Assembly (NCBI GenBank): GCA_963796685.1
Contig: CAWCMR010000008.1
Span: 672,001 to 736,000 of the forward strand
DNA from: an uncultured delta proteobacterium
GTDB taxonomy: Bacteria; Myxococcota_A; Polyangia; Fen-1088
Reading direction: 5' to 3'
Length of the DNA: 64,000 nucleotides
Part shown: piece after piece, positions 47,969-57,366 of the stretch
Layout: each line of letters starts with the position of its first letter
Position numbering within the stretch: position 1 is the first letter of the stretch
Translations under genes and position numbers: made by a program
Notes under the pieces: model-generated
The model's database searches: none
The model's input: only the letters and a program-made list of their open reading frames with translations
What the model was told of the DNA's origin: nothing

Positions 47969-50248
47969 TCACTTGATGATGAAATTGAGGAGCACGATGG
48001 CGATGGCCCCCACCAGTGCACCGTAGAGATAGGTTTGAATACGGCCGGTCTGCACCCGGCGCAGGATGCTGCCCGCCGACAGCGCCGAGCCCGCCACCAG
48101 ATTGACCGCGCCGTCTACCAAGTAGCGATCGATGGCACCGTCGATGTTGGCGAACACGCGCGTGACCGCGCCGGCCAGATTCACGATGCCGTCGATGAGG
48201 TTCTTGTCGAACCACGACAGCGCGCGCGCCAGGCTCAGCGAGCCGCGCAGCACCGTGGCCTGGTACAGCTCGTCGACGTAGTACTTGTTGTAGACCACGG
48301 TCCAAGCGCGTTTCCATCGTTCGAGGAGTCGGGCGGGCACCTGGCTCTTGTTGTCCTTGTAGAGCATGCGCGCGAAGAGCCAGCCGATGACCCCGGCCCC
48401 GACGCCGATGGCCTGGAACAGGAACTCGGTCGAGTGCGAGGCCTCGGCGAACTTCACGATCGCGGGCAAGGCCGGCTCCAGCCAGTGCTCGAGGATGGGC
48501 GCGCTGCCGGTCCAGGCCGTGGGAATGCCCAGGATCGCCGCCAGCACCGCGCCCGCCGCCAGGGTCACCAGCACGAAGGTAATTGAGCGCGGCGATTCCT
48601 TCGGCTCGTGGCCGTGTCCTTCCACGTGGCCATGGCCGCGATACTCGCCCGTGAACGTCATGTAGTAGCTGCGGAACATGTAGAACGACGTTCCGGTGGC
48701 CGCGATGATGCCCATGAAATAGATGAGCTGGCCGAGCCAAGGCGCGGGGAAGCCGAGAAAGGCCATGCCCTCCTGAGAGAACGCCTTCCACAGGATCTCG
48801 TCCTTGGAGTAGAAACCGCTGGCCCAGGGAAAGCCGGCGATGGCCCAACAGGCGGCCAGGTAGGTCCACTTGGTGATGGGCATGAGCTTGCCGAGCCCGC
48901 CCATCTTGCGCATGTCCTGCTCGTGATGGCAGCCGAGGATCACCGAGCCCGAACCAAGGAACAGCGTGGCCTTGAAAAAGGCGTGGGTGAGCAAATGGTA
49001 GGCGCCGGCCCAGTACGCGCCCACGCCCACGCCGATGAACATGAAACCGAGCTGCGAGACCGTCGAGTAGGCCAGCACCTTCTTGATGTCGTACTGGAAG
49101 AACCCGATGCTGGCGGCGAACAGCGCGGTGAGCGCGCCGATGAACGCCACCCAGCCCATGGCGGTCGGCGAGAGCGCGAAGATGAAATTGAGACGCGCCA
49201 CCATGTACACGCCGGCGGTCACCATGGTCGCCGCGTGAATGAGGGCGGACACCGGCGTGGGACCGGCCATGGCGTCGGGCAACCACACGTGCAGAGGCAA
49301 CTGCGCGCTCTTGCCCATGGCACCGACGAACAGCAGGATGCCGACCATGGCCAGCAGGCCAAAGCCGAAGAGCTTCTGGTGCTTGAGGTGCTCGGCCACG
49401 CCCGTGCTGGTGATGACGATCTCGTCGCGTAGCTCGCGGAAATTCAGGGTGGGACCGGTAATAATTCGGGAACCCTGGGAGGGTTTCGCATCGTCAGGCA
49501 GGCCGTGACCGTGCGCCGCTGCCGCGTAGGCTGCCGTGTGCACGTCGGTCTCGACATAGGTCGTTTTGCCGTCGGGTCCCTCGTGCCACGCCCCGCCCAG
49601 CGCCCAGAACAGCAGGAACAGCCCGAGGATGAAGCCGAAGTCGCCGAAGCGGTTGACCACGAAGGCCTTCATGCCGGCCGCCGCCTTCTGCGAATCCGTG
49701 TACCAGAAGGCAATCAGCAAGTAACTGCAAAGGCCCACGCCCTCCCAGCCGAAGAACATGAGGACGAAGTTGTCGCCCATCACGAGCAGGAGCATCGAGA
49801 AGACGAACAGGTTCAAGTACGAGAAGAAACGCCAGTACGACGGCTCGTCCGCCATGTACCCGGTGGAGAACACGTGAATCGTCGTCCCGATGAAGGTGAT
49901 GATGAGGGTCATCATCATGCTCAGCGGATCGAGGGCGAACCCGAGATCCACCGACACCTTGCCCGCCGTGAAAATATTCCACAGCGTGTCCTGCAAGAAG
50001 CGATGCTCGCCATCCAGACCGTACAAGGTCGCGAAGGCCACGCAGGCGGTGGCGAAGGACAGCAACATGGCGCCGATGCCGATGCCGTGGACCAGGCCTT
50101 TGCCGAAGCGGCGCTGCAGGCGCACGCCCATGGTCGCGTTGATGAACGCGCCCACGAGCGGGAAGAAGGGAATGAGCCACAGGTAGCTCGCGCTCTGCGT
50201 GGCGAGCGGAGCCAGATGGTGGGCAGCGTGTTCCAGCGTGTGTTCCAT
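47969..50248 (-). CDS. nuoL: Complex I subunit L
   Basis: GWEGVGLCSY, KSAQLPLHVWLPDAMAGPTPVSALIHAATM. Confidence 0.95.
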   Translation of the reverse strand: MEHTLEHAAHHLAPLATQSASYLWLIPFFPLVGAFINATMGVRLQRRFGKGLVHGIGIGAMLLSFATACVAFATLYGLDGEHRFLQDTLWNIFTAGKVSVDLGFALDPLSMMMTLIITFIGTTIHVFSTGYMADEPSYWRFFSYLNLFVFSMLLLVMGDNFVLMFFGWEGVGLCSYLLIAFWYTDSQKAAAGMKAFVVNRFGDFGFILGLFLLFWALGGAWHEGPDGKTTYVETDVHTAAYAAAAHGHGLPDDAKPSQGSRIITGPTLNFRELRDEIVITSTGVAEHLKHQKLFGFGLLAMVGILLFVGAMGKSAQLPLHVWLPDAMAGPTPVSALIHAATMVTAGVYMVARLNFIFALSPTAMGWVAFIGALTALFAASIGFFQYDIKKVLAYSTVSQLGFMFIGVGVGAYWAGAYHLLTHAFFKATLFLGSGSVILGCHHEQDMRKMGGLGKLMPITKWTYLAACWAIAGFPWASGFYSKDEILWKAFSQEGMAFLGFPAPWLGQLIYFMGIIAATGTSFYMFRSYYMTFTGEYRGHGHVEGHGHEPKESPRSITFVLVTLAAGAVLAAILGIPTAWTGSAPILEHWLEPALPAIVKFAEASHSTEFLFQAIGVGAGVIGWLFARMLYKDNKSQVPARLLERWKRAWTVVYNKYYVDELYQATVLRGSLSLARALSWFDKNLIDGIVNLAGAVTRVFANIDGAIDRYLVDGAVNLVAGSALSAGSILRRVQTGRIQTYLYGALVGAIAIVLLNFIIK

Positions 50249-50262
50249 GATGACTTCCGCTG

Positions 50263-50574
50263 CTATTCCTTGAGCCTCGTGGCTTGCGACGCGTCGATGT
50301 TGCGCCCCATCTGGTAGATGGCGAGGATGATGGCCAAGCCCACGGCGGCCTCGGCCGCGGCGAGCACGATCACGAACAGACTGAAGACCTGTCCCCCGAC
50401 GCCGCCGGCCACGTAGCGGCCAAAGGCGACCAGATTGAGGTTGGCGGCATTGAGGATGAGCTCGATGCCCATGAGCACGGCCACGGCGTTGCGCCGGGTG
50501 ACCACGGCGAGCATGCCAAAGCCGAAAAGCAGGGCGCCAATGACAAGAAAATGATTGAGCGTCAGGTGTGCCAT
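50263..50574 (-). CDS. nuoK: Complex I subunit K
   Basis: MGIELILNA, AAAEAAVGLA. Confidence 0.95.
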   Translation of the reverse strand: MAHLTLNHFLVIGALLFGFGMLAVVTRRNAVAVLMGIELILNAANLNLVAFGRYVAGGVGGQVFSLFVIVLAAAEAAVGLAIILAIYQMGRNIDASQATRLKE

Positions 50575-50594
50575 GATGGATTGCCGCCCTTCCC

Positions 50595-51098
50595 CTAGTC
50601 GGACTTGACTTCTTTGCGAGCGATGACGATGGCGCCGACCAAGGTCGCGACGAGCACGACCGACGCGATCTCGAAGGGCAAGAGCCATGTCCCGAGCAGG
50701 CCGTTGCCGATGGCCACGGTCGTGTCGACCACGGGTTTTTCGGCGGTGAGCTTCCAGGGTGCCCAGATGGCGACGAAACAGAGCAACGTCGCCGTGACGA
50801 AGAAGACCGCGTACCCGCCGACGAGCCCCATGCTGCGATTCGAGACGTTGACGTCCTGGATCTGACTGGTGAGCATGACCGCGAAGATGATGAGCACCAG
50901 CACGCCGCCGATGTAGACCAGGAGCTGGGTGATGGCCACGAAATCCGCGGACAGCAGCACGTAGAGCCCGCCCACCCCGACGAGGGACGAGAGCAGGCCC
51001 ATGGCGCTCCAGAAGATGTTGCGCGACAGCGCCACCCCCGCGGCGCCGATCAGGGTCGCCAGGGCGAGAAACGCGAAGATGACGAGCTCGGTTTGCAT
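50595..51098 (-). CDS. nuoJ: Complex I subunit J
   Basis: QLLVYIGGVLVL, LPFEIAS. Confidence 0.95.
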   Translation of the reverse strand: MQTELVIFAFLALATLIGAAGVALSRNIFWSAMGLLSSLVGVGGLYVLLSADFVAITQLLVYIGGVLVLIIFAVMLTSQIQDVNVSNRSMGLVGGYAVFFVTATLLCFVAIWAPWKLTAEKPVVDTTVAIGNGLLGTWLLPFEIASVVLVATLVGAIVIARKEVKSD

Positions 51099-51101
51099 GA
51101 C

Positions 51102-51758
51102 CTAGTCCTTCTTGGAAGAAGGACCCCGGGAGGGTCCTTCAGATCCCCCGCGCCGAGTCCCCTCGGGCGAAGCCCCCCGGTCATCACGCGCCTCGGGGAC
51201 AAGGATGGATGGGGGCGCGATCCACGAGGCCTGCGCCAGCTTCTTGCGCAGGATTTCCCCGACCGGGGCGCGCGGCGCATCCTGGCCCTTGACCGGCCGG
51301 TAGAACGGCGCCGGCTTCTCCGGGTCGGGCACCCAGCGGAAGACCAGGCTGTCGACGGACTTCATGGTGGATTCGAATTCGCGCGTGTGGGCAATGGCGC
51401 CGGTGGGACAAGGTTCGACGCACAAACCACAGAACATGCACTTCGATTCGTCGATGTCGAATTGGGTGATGAGCCGCTGCTTGGGATTCGTCGGATCCTT
51501 GTCGGTCGAGATCTTGATGACGCTGATGGGACAGGCTCGCTCGCAGGCCATGCAGCCCGTGCACACGTTCATGTCCACTTCCAGGATGCCGCGGTAGCGT
51601 GACGGCAGCGTGTCGGCCACCCGCTTCTCCGTGCGATCCGGGTACTGCACCGTGATCGGCCGGCGCAGCATGTAGGACAGGGTGACCGACAGCCCTTCGT
51701 AGAACGTCTTCACGACGTCCGTGATGTGTCCAAAATATTCGCGAATTCCTTCAGCCAT
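51102..51758 (-). CDS. nuoI: Complex I subunit I
   Basis: TVQYP; two CxxCxxCxxxCP motifs. Confidence 0.95.
   Translation of the reverse strand: MAEGIREYFGHITDVVKTFYEGLSVTLSYMLRRPITVQYPDRTEKRVADTLPSRYRGILEVDMNVCTGCMACERACPISVIKISTDKDPTNPKQRLITQFDIDESKCMFCGLCVEPCPTGAIAHTREFESTMKSVDSLVFRWVPDPEKPAPFYRPVKGQDAPRAPVGEILRKKLAQASWIAPPSILVPEARDDRGASPEGTRRGGSEGPSRGPSSKKD
51118..51178. repeat. REP-like multi-hairpin element in the nuoI 3' end
   Basis: GAAGGACCC-N5-GGGTCCTTC, CCGAG-N4-CTCGG, GGGCGAAGCCC. Confidence 0.5.
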
Positions 51759-53140
51759 CACCAATTGCTCAGATCCACGCGGTCACCTTTGACCCGATCG
51801 ATGTTCCGTCGCGTATCGACGAGAAACTTGACCAGCAAGGCCAGCGCAAAAATCGTAAGGACGATCCCGGTGATCTTCGCGCCAACCGGCGGAACCAGGA
51901 TCTGCCACAGCAAGGTCACGATGAAACAGAGGAACGCGCCGGGCACCAGGTACTTCCAGCACAGGGACATCATTTGATCGACGCGCACGCGGGGCAAAGT
52001 CCAGCGCAACCAGATGAACGTGAACACCAGCGCCCAGGTCTTGACCGCGAACACCAACATGGACAGCGCCTGGAAGACGAACCAAATGGGCGAGGGAACC
52101 AATCCGGTTCCAAGCGCGCTCTTGTACATCTCGTCGGAGATACCGGGAACCTGCCAGCCGCCGAGAAACATGGTCACGGCCAGGCCGCCCATGATCCACA
52201 TATTGGCCCACTCGACCATCAGGAAGATGGCCAGGCGGAAACCCGAGTACTCGGCGTGGTAGCCGGCCACCAGCTCGGATTCGGCCTCGGGCAAATCGAA
52301 GGGCGTGCGGTTGCCTTCGGCCAGCGAGCTGGTCACGGCGATGAAGAAGGCGACGAAGGCGGCCGGGTTGCGGAACACGAACCAATCCCACGGCGCCCCA
52401 CCCTGGGCGCGCACGATGCCTTGCATGGACAGGGTCCCCGCCATCAGCACCGGGACCATGAGCGCGATGCCGGCCGGGATCTCGTACGACAGCACCTGCG
52501 CGGCGCCGCGGATGCCGCCGAAGAGCGCCCACTTGGAATTGGAGGCCCAGCCCGAGACCAGAATACCGACGACCACGAACGCCGTCACGGCGGTGACGTA
52601 GAACGCGCCGACGTTCATGTCGGTGACGACGGTACTCTCGCCGAAGGGCAGGACGACAAAGGGCAGGAGCAATCCGACCATGGAAAAGTACGGGGCCCCG
52701 CGGAAGAGCAGACTGTCGGCCGAGGCCGGAATGGTGTCTTCCTTGAGCACCATCTTCACCGCGTCCGCCACCCAGGCCAGAAAGCCGGCGGCGCCCGTGC
52801 GGTTGGGGCCAATGCGGCTCTGCATGCGACCCGCGATGCGGCGTTCGACCCAGGTCGAGACCCCGCCGAAGACCGCGGTGTAGTTGACCGCGATGAAGGC
52901 GACCAGGAGCAGGAAGACGGCATAGACCAGGTGGCGGTAGGGCGAGCCGGCAAGGTCGAACCCGAACCACTGTCGAGCCATGGCGTTCAGTCGCTCGGGC
53001 GTGTTGAGCGGAAAGATGGCCAGGGCCGCGACGTAGAGGCCAAGCGGCACGCCGAAGGCCATGAAGAGAGTGACCAGGATCGCCAGACGCGGGTAGCGAC
53101 GGGTGAGCGAGGTCGAGTCGAGCCCAAGCGTGATCTTCAC
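51758..53140 (-). CDS. nuoH: Complex I subunit H
   Basis: [33 protein letters not shown]. Confidence 0.95.
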   Translation of the reverse strand: MKITLGLDSTSLTRRYPRLAILVTLFMAFGVPLGLYVAALAIFPLNTPERLNAMARQWFGFDLAGSPYRHLVYAVFLLLVAFIAVNYTAVFGGVSTWVERRIAGRMQSRIGPNRTGAAGFLAWVADAVKMVLKEDTIPASADSLLFRGAPYFSMVGLLLPFVVLPFGESTVVTDMNVGAFYVTAVTAFVVVGILVSGWASNSKWALFGGIRGAAQVLSYEIPAGIALMVPVLMAGTLSMQGIVRAQGGAPWDWFVFRNPAAFVAFFIAVTSSLAEGNRTPFDLPEAESELVAGYHAEYSGFRLAIFLMVEWANMWIMGGLAVTMFLGGWQVPGISDEMYKSALGTGLVPSPIWFVFQALSMLVFAVKTWALVFTFIWLRWTLPRVRVDQMMSLCWKYLVPGAFLCFIVTLLWQILVPPVGAKITGIVLTIFALALLVKFLVDTRRNIDRVKGDRVDLSNW

Positions 53141-54294
53141 CGGTCAACCTCCGGAGCCACGACGTCGAGCGAGGCGATGATGGCGATGAGGTCGGCCACC
53201 ATGATCCCGTGCGAAAGCTCCTCGATGATTCCCATGGCCATGAAGCTGCCGGTGCGAACGCGCAGGCGGTAGGCCTTCTCCGAACCGTCGGAAACGGCGT
53301 AGTAGAGCATCTCGCCGCGCGCCGATTCCACGCGGCCCACGGCCTCGCCGGGTTCGGGTTTCAGCTTGCGCGCTACCTTGGCCTGGATGTCGCCCTCGGG
53401 CAGCTTGGCCAGGGCCTGGCGGACGATCTTCGAGGACTCGACCATCTCCCGCACGCGCACGAAGAAGCGATCCCAGCAGTCGCCCACGGTGCCGAAGCGA
53501 CCGGTACCCACGGGAATGTCGAAGTCGAAGTCCGGGTAGGCGCCATAGGGCATGTCGCGGCGGATGTCCCACTTGACGCCCGAGCCGCGCAGGTTGGGGC
53601 CGGCCAGGCCGTAGTCGATGGCCTTGTCGCGCGTGATGATGCCGACATTGGCCAGACGCTGGACGAAGATCTTGTTGAAGGTGATCAGGCGATCCCATTC
53701 CTGGATGTAGCTGTCCAGGTGATCGAGGAAGCGCAACACCTTGGCCGCCCAACCCTCGGGCAGATCGAAAGCCACGCCGCCGATGCGGTGGAAATTGAAG
53801 GTCAGGCGCGCGCCGCACAGCTCTTCCAGCAAGTCGTTGATCGACTCGCGCTCGCGCAAGGCGTGGGTCAGCGGCGTGGCCGCGCCGATGTCCTGGGCCA
53901 TGGTGCCGACCGAGATGAAGTGGTTGGAAATGCGGCACAGCTCGCCCGCGATGGCGCGGATGTACTGCGCGCGCGGCGGCGCCTCGACGCCGAGCAAGTG
54001 CTCGATGGCCAGGGCGTAGCCTTCGTTGGCGAACATGGCGGCCAGGTAATCGATGCGATCGGTGAACGGCATGTACCCGGGGTAGGGCACCATTTCGCCG
54101 ATCTTTTCCAGGCCGCGGTGCAAATAGCCGATGTCCGGCACCGAGCGGCGAATGACCTCGCCGTTGGTCTGCGTGACGAAGTTGATGACCCCGTGGGTGG
54201 ACGGGTGCTGGGGACCGAAGTTGACGACGATCTCCTCGTCGCTGCTGTCGGTGCGGCGAAGGATGTGCCGGTCGAGCTCCATGTCGATGGCCAC
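53137..54294 (-). CDS. nuoD: Complex I subunit D
   Basis: [28 protein letters not shown]; no NiFe CxxC motifs. Confidence 0.95.
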   Translation of the reverse strand: MAIDMELDRHILRRTDSSDEEIVVNFGPQHPSTHGVINFVTQTNGEVIRRSVPDIGYLHRGLEKIGEMVPYPGYMPFTDRIDYLAAMFANEGYALAIEHLLGVEAPPRAQYIRAIAGELCRISNHFISVGTMAQDIGAATPLTHALRERESINDLLEELCGARLTFNFHRIGGVAFDLPEGWAAKVLRFLDHLDSYIQEWDRLITFNKIFVQRLANVGIITRDKAIDYGLAGPNLRGSGVKWDIRRDMPYGAYPDFDFDIPVGTGRFGTVGDCWDRFFVRVREMVESSKIVRQALAKLPEGDIQAKVARKLKPEPGEAVGRVESARGEMLYYAVSDGSEKAYRLRVRTGSFMAMGIIEELSHGIMVADLIAIIASLDVVAPEVDR

Positions 54295-54296
54295 GG

Positions 54297-54932
54297 TCAG
54301 CTCTTCCCTTCCGGATCCACCGCCGCTGGCCCCGTGGCCGTGGCCGTGGTCGTGGCCGTGGCCGCTCCCGTCACAGCAGCAGCCGCCGCTGCCGCTGCCG
54401 CAATCGCCTTGCGCTTCTCGTCCGTCACCTTCGAAAGCTGCACCAACGGATCCTGCCGCGCGTTGCCGATGCCGTGGTAGCCGCCGGCCTCTTGGTAATC
54501 CTTGCGCAGCGGATGGCCGACCCAATCGTCGGGCAACAAGATGCGGCGCAGGTCCGAGTGCCCCTCGAAATTCACACCAAACAGGTCGTAAATCTCGCGT
54601 TCCAGCCAGGTCGCGGCCTTCCACACGCCTTCGACCGTGGCGATGCTGGGCTTTTCACGATCCGTCTCGACCTTCACCACCAGCCCGTGCCGATGCACCA
54701 GGGAATAGAGGTGGTAGACGACCTCGATGACCTTGCGTGCCGGCCAGTCGATCGCGGTGATGTCCTGGCAGTAGTCGAACGTAAGCCCCGTCGTGGTCTT
54801 GAGGAAGCGGCAGACGTCGACGATCTTCTCGCCCTTCACCACCACGAAGCGGTCGCCGTTGGTTTCCGACAAGCTTCCCACGGCATCGCCGAACTGCGCC
54901 TGGAGCTGGGTGCAAACTTCTTCCTGGGTCAT
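54297..54932 (-). CDS. nuoC: Complex I subunit C
   Basis: [19 protein letters not shown]; Ala/Thr tail. Confidence 0.95.
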   Translation of the reverse strand: MTQEEVCTQLQAQFGDAVGSLSETNGDRFVVVKGEKIVDVCRFLKTTTGLTFDYCQDITAIDWPARKVIEVVYHLYSLVHRHGLVVKVETDREKPSIATVEGVWKAATWLEREIYDLFGVNFEGHSDLRRILLPDDWVGHPLRKDYQEAGGYHGIGNARQDPLVQLSKVTDEKRKAIAAAAAAAAAVTGAATATTTATATGPAAVDPEGKS

Positions 54933-54934
54933 GA

Positions 54935-55492
54935 TCACTTGGCCCTGGGCGAGGGAACCATCATGGGCGCGCCGGGATCGACGCGCCCAGGCCGCATCTT
55001 GGTCTTCCAACGCTCGCACATCATGATGTCCTGGATGCGCAAAAGCCCCTCGGTCAGCGCCTCGGGCCGCGGCGGGCAGCCGGGCACGTAGACGTCGACG
55101 GGGATGATCTTGTCCACGCCCTTGCACACCGAATACGAGGTTTGGAAGAGCCCGCCACAGTTCGCGCACGAGCCCATGGACAGCACGTACTTGGGCTCGG
55201 CCATCTGGTCGTAGAGCAGCTTGGTTCGCACCGCCATCTTGTAGGTCAGGGTGCCGGCCACGATCATCAGATCCGCCTGGCGCGGGCTGGCGCGGAAGAT
55301 GGCGGCAAAGCGGTCGAGGTCGGCGCGCGGGCCACCGGTCTGCATCAGCTCGATACCGCAGCAGGCAAGCCCGAACAGCAGGTAGTGGATCGAATTCTTG
55401 CGCGCCAGATTGATGGCATCGTCGATCAGGCTGGTGTTGGTGAACAAAACGCCGGTGCCGGGTTCGACCTGCTGGTAGTCGTGTGCAGTCAT
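54935..55492 (-). CDS. nuoB: Complex I subunit B
   Basis: [27 protein letters not shown]. Confidence 0.95.
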   Translation of the reverse strand: MTAHDYQQVEPGTGVLFTNTSLIDDAINLARKNSIHYLLFGLACCGIELMQTGGPRADLDRFAAIFRASPRQADLMIVAGTLTYKMAVRTKLLYDQMAEPKYVLSMGSCANCGGLFQTSYSVCKGVDKIIPVDVYVPGCPPRPEALTEGLLRIQDIMMCERWKTKMRPGRVDPGAPMMVPSPRAK

Positions 55493-55501
55493 CGGCGACT
55501 C

Positions 55502-55951
55502 TCAGGCTGAAAGCGACAGCTTGTCGTCGTTGGTCTCGTCGTTTCTCTCATGGGCGGTCCGCGACTTTTGTGACAGGTTCTTGATCCATTCCAGATCCCC
55601 GTGCGCCCACGCCCAGGCCAACCCGACCAGCAGCACGACGGTGAAGAGCATCAGCTCGACAAAGGCGACCCAGGCGGTCCCTTTTCTAATCCATGAAGCG
55701 TAGACCACGACCACGGGAAAGGTCAGCGCAATGTCGACCTCGAAGATGATGAAGACCAGGGCGATGAGATAAAAGCGCGGGTTGAAGTTGTACCAAGCGG
55801 AACCGATGGGCCGTTCGCCACACTCGTAGATGGAAAGCTTGTCGTCGTTCGGGAACCTGGGACGGAACAGGCGTCCGACGAGCAGCATGACCAAGGCGAA
55901 GAGGATCGCCACGACCGCGAAAGCGAGCACTGCGCCGAATTGGTAACCCAT
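55502..55951 (-). CDS. nuoA: Complex I subunit A
   Basis: YECGE, FYLIALVFIIFEVD. Confidence 0.95.
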   Translation of the reverse strand: MGYQFGAVLAFAVVAILFALVMLLVGRLFRPRFPNDDKLSIYECGERPIGSAWYNFNPRFYLIALVFIIFEVDIALTFPVVVVYASWIRKGTAWVAFVELMLFTVVLLVGLAWAWAHGDLEWIKNLSQKSRTAHERNDETNDDKLSLSA

Positions 55952-56125
55952 GGACACCTTCCGTCCGTGGCCCACCTGGGCCCTCGGGACGCCCTTATCT
56001 AGACGCTAGGGCCAAGAAGGTCAAGTGTCCTGGGGAAGCAGTCCGAGTCCATCGAAAAACAGGAGCGGCCCCAGAGCACTTTCGATAACGCGACGAAAAA
56101 TCCTACACGCGGTATTCTACCCGTC

Positions 56126-57328
56126 ATGAGCGAACCCGACCGCACCGGCACCTCCGAGACACCGGTGTCCCCGAGCGCCGAACGCGACACGCCCAAGACG
56201 CGATTCGGCAACGAAGCCATCGCGCCCTACTTCTTCGTCGTCCTCTTCGTCCTGGCGCTCTTCGCGGTGGGGTACGTGCTTTTGCCCTTCTTCGGCGACA
56301 TCGTCATCGCCTTTCTGTTCGTCATTCTGTTGACGCCGACGCACGCTCGACTCGCCCATCTGCTCGGCAAGAGGCAGGTGCTGGCTTCAGGGCTGATGGT
56401 CGTGGCGCTGGTGGTGGTGAGCTCCGTGCCAATCTTCTTGATTGCCTCGGCCCTGCTCCGCGACATCAGCGAAGCGGCGGTGACCTGGGGCAGCGCCGGC
56501 CGTTCGCTGGCCTTGCGGGCGATCGCAGGCCGTAACGGCGTCATCATGAGCGGCATTTCGAACATCACCGGCCGCTTGGGAATCACCTTGGCCCCCGAAT
56601 GGGTCGAGCGCGCCCTGCTCGACACCGGTCGCAGCCTGACCCAGTACCTGGCCACGCGCGCGAACGCATTCCTGTCGAGCTTGCTCTCGACGACCCTTCA
56701 CATCGTCATCACCCTGTTCTCGATCTTCTATCTCTTCATCCACGGCGACAAGCTGCGCACCTTCATCTACAGGTTGTCGCCGCTCGCCCACGATGAAGAC
56801 CAGATCTTCATCAACAAGCTGGGCGAAGTCGGCCGCGCCATTCTGGTCGGCAGCGGAACCAGCAGCCTGCTGCAAGGGCTGGTCGCCGGTATCGCCTGGG
56901 TGGTGGTCGGGCTGCCCTCGCCGGTGCTTTGGGGGATTCTCATGGCCATCGCGGCGTTCTTGCCGCTGGTCGGAATCGCCGCGGTCGTTCTTCCCGCCAC
57001 GATCTACCTATGGATCGAGGGGCGTCCCCTCGCCGCGGTGCTCTTCCTCGTCTTCTGCATGGGACAATCCTTCTTCTTCGAATACGGCCTCAAGCCGCGC
57101 CTGATGGGCTCCTCGATGCGTATGAACAGCCTGCTTGTATTCCTCAGCCTGCTGGGCGGCATCATCGGATTCGGGATGCCGGGCATCATCTACGGACCGC
57201 TCATCATGACGCTCTTCCTGACCCTCGTGCAGCTCTACCAAACGCGCTATCAGCAGCACATCGCAAGGCGACTCTCGGTACCCCTCACGAGCGGCCAAGA
57301 CAAGCCCAGAGCCGACCCTACGCGATGA
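56126..57328 (+). CDS. AI-2E family transporter
   Basis: Multi-TM; LKPRLMG, GIIYGP. Confidence 0.85.
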   Translation: MSEPDRTGTSETPVSPSAERDTPKTRFGNEAIAPYFFVVLFVLALFAVGYVLLPFFGDIVIAFLFVILLTPTHARLAHLLGKRQVLASGLMVVALVVVSSVPIFLIASALLRDISEAAVTWGSAGRSLALRAIAGRNGVIMSGISNITGRLGITLAPEWVERALLDTGRSLTQYLATRANAFLSSLLSTTLHIVITLFSIFYLFIHGDKLRTFIYRLSPLAHDEDQIFINKLGEVGRAILVGSGTSSLLQGLVAGIAWVVVGLPSPVLWGILMAIAAFLPLVGIAAVVLPATIYLWIEGRPLAAVLFLVFCMGQSFFFEYGLKPRLMGSSMRMNSLLVFLSLLGGIIGFGMPGIIYGPLIMTLFLTLVQLYQTRYQQHIARRLSVPLTSGQDKPRADPTR

Positions 57329-57366
57329 ACGTGCGGCGATGATACAATGCCTCGAAAGGTCTTCCC

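Noticed and set aside
53137-55492. Group 4 NiFe hydrogenase
   Set aside because: The large subunit lacks both CxxC Ni-binding motifs; NuoB has the adjacent CC of complex I
55996-56024. sigma70 promoter for the nuo operon (TTGACC-N17-TAGATA, minus strand)
   Set aside because: The -10 match is too weak to support from sequence alone
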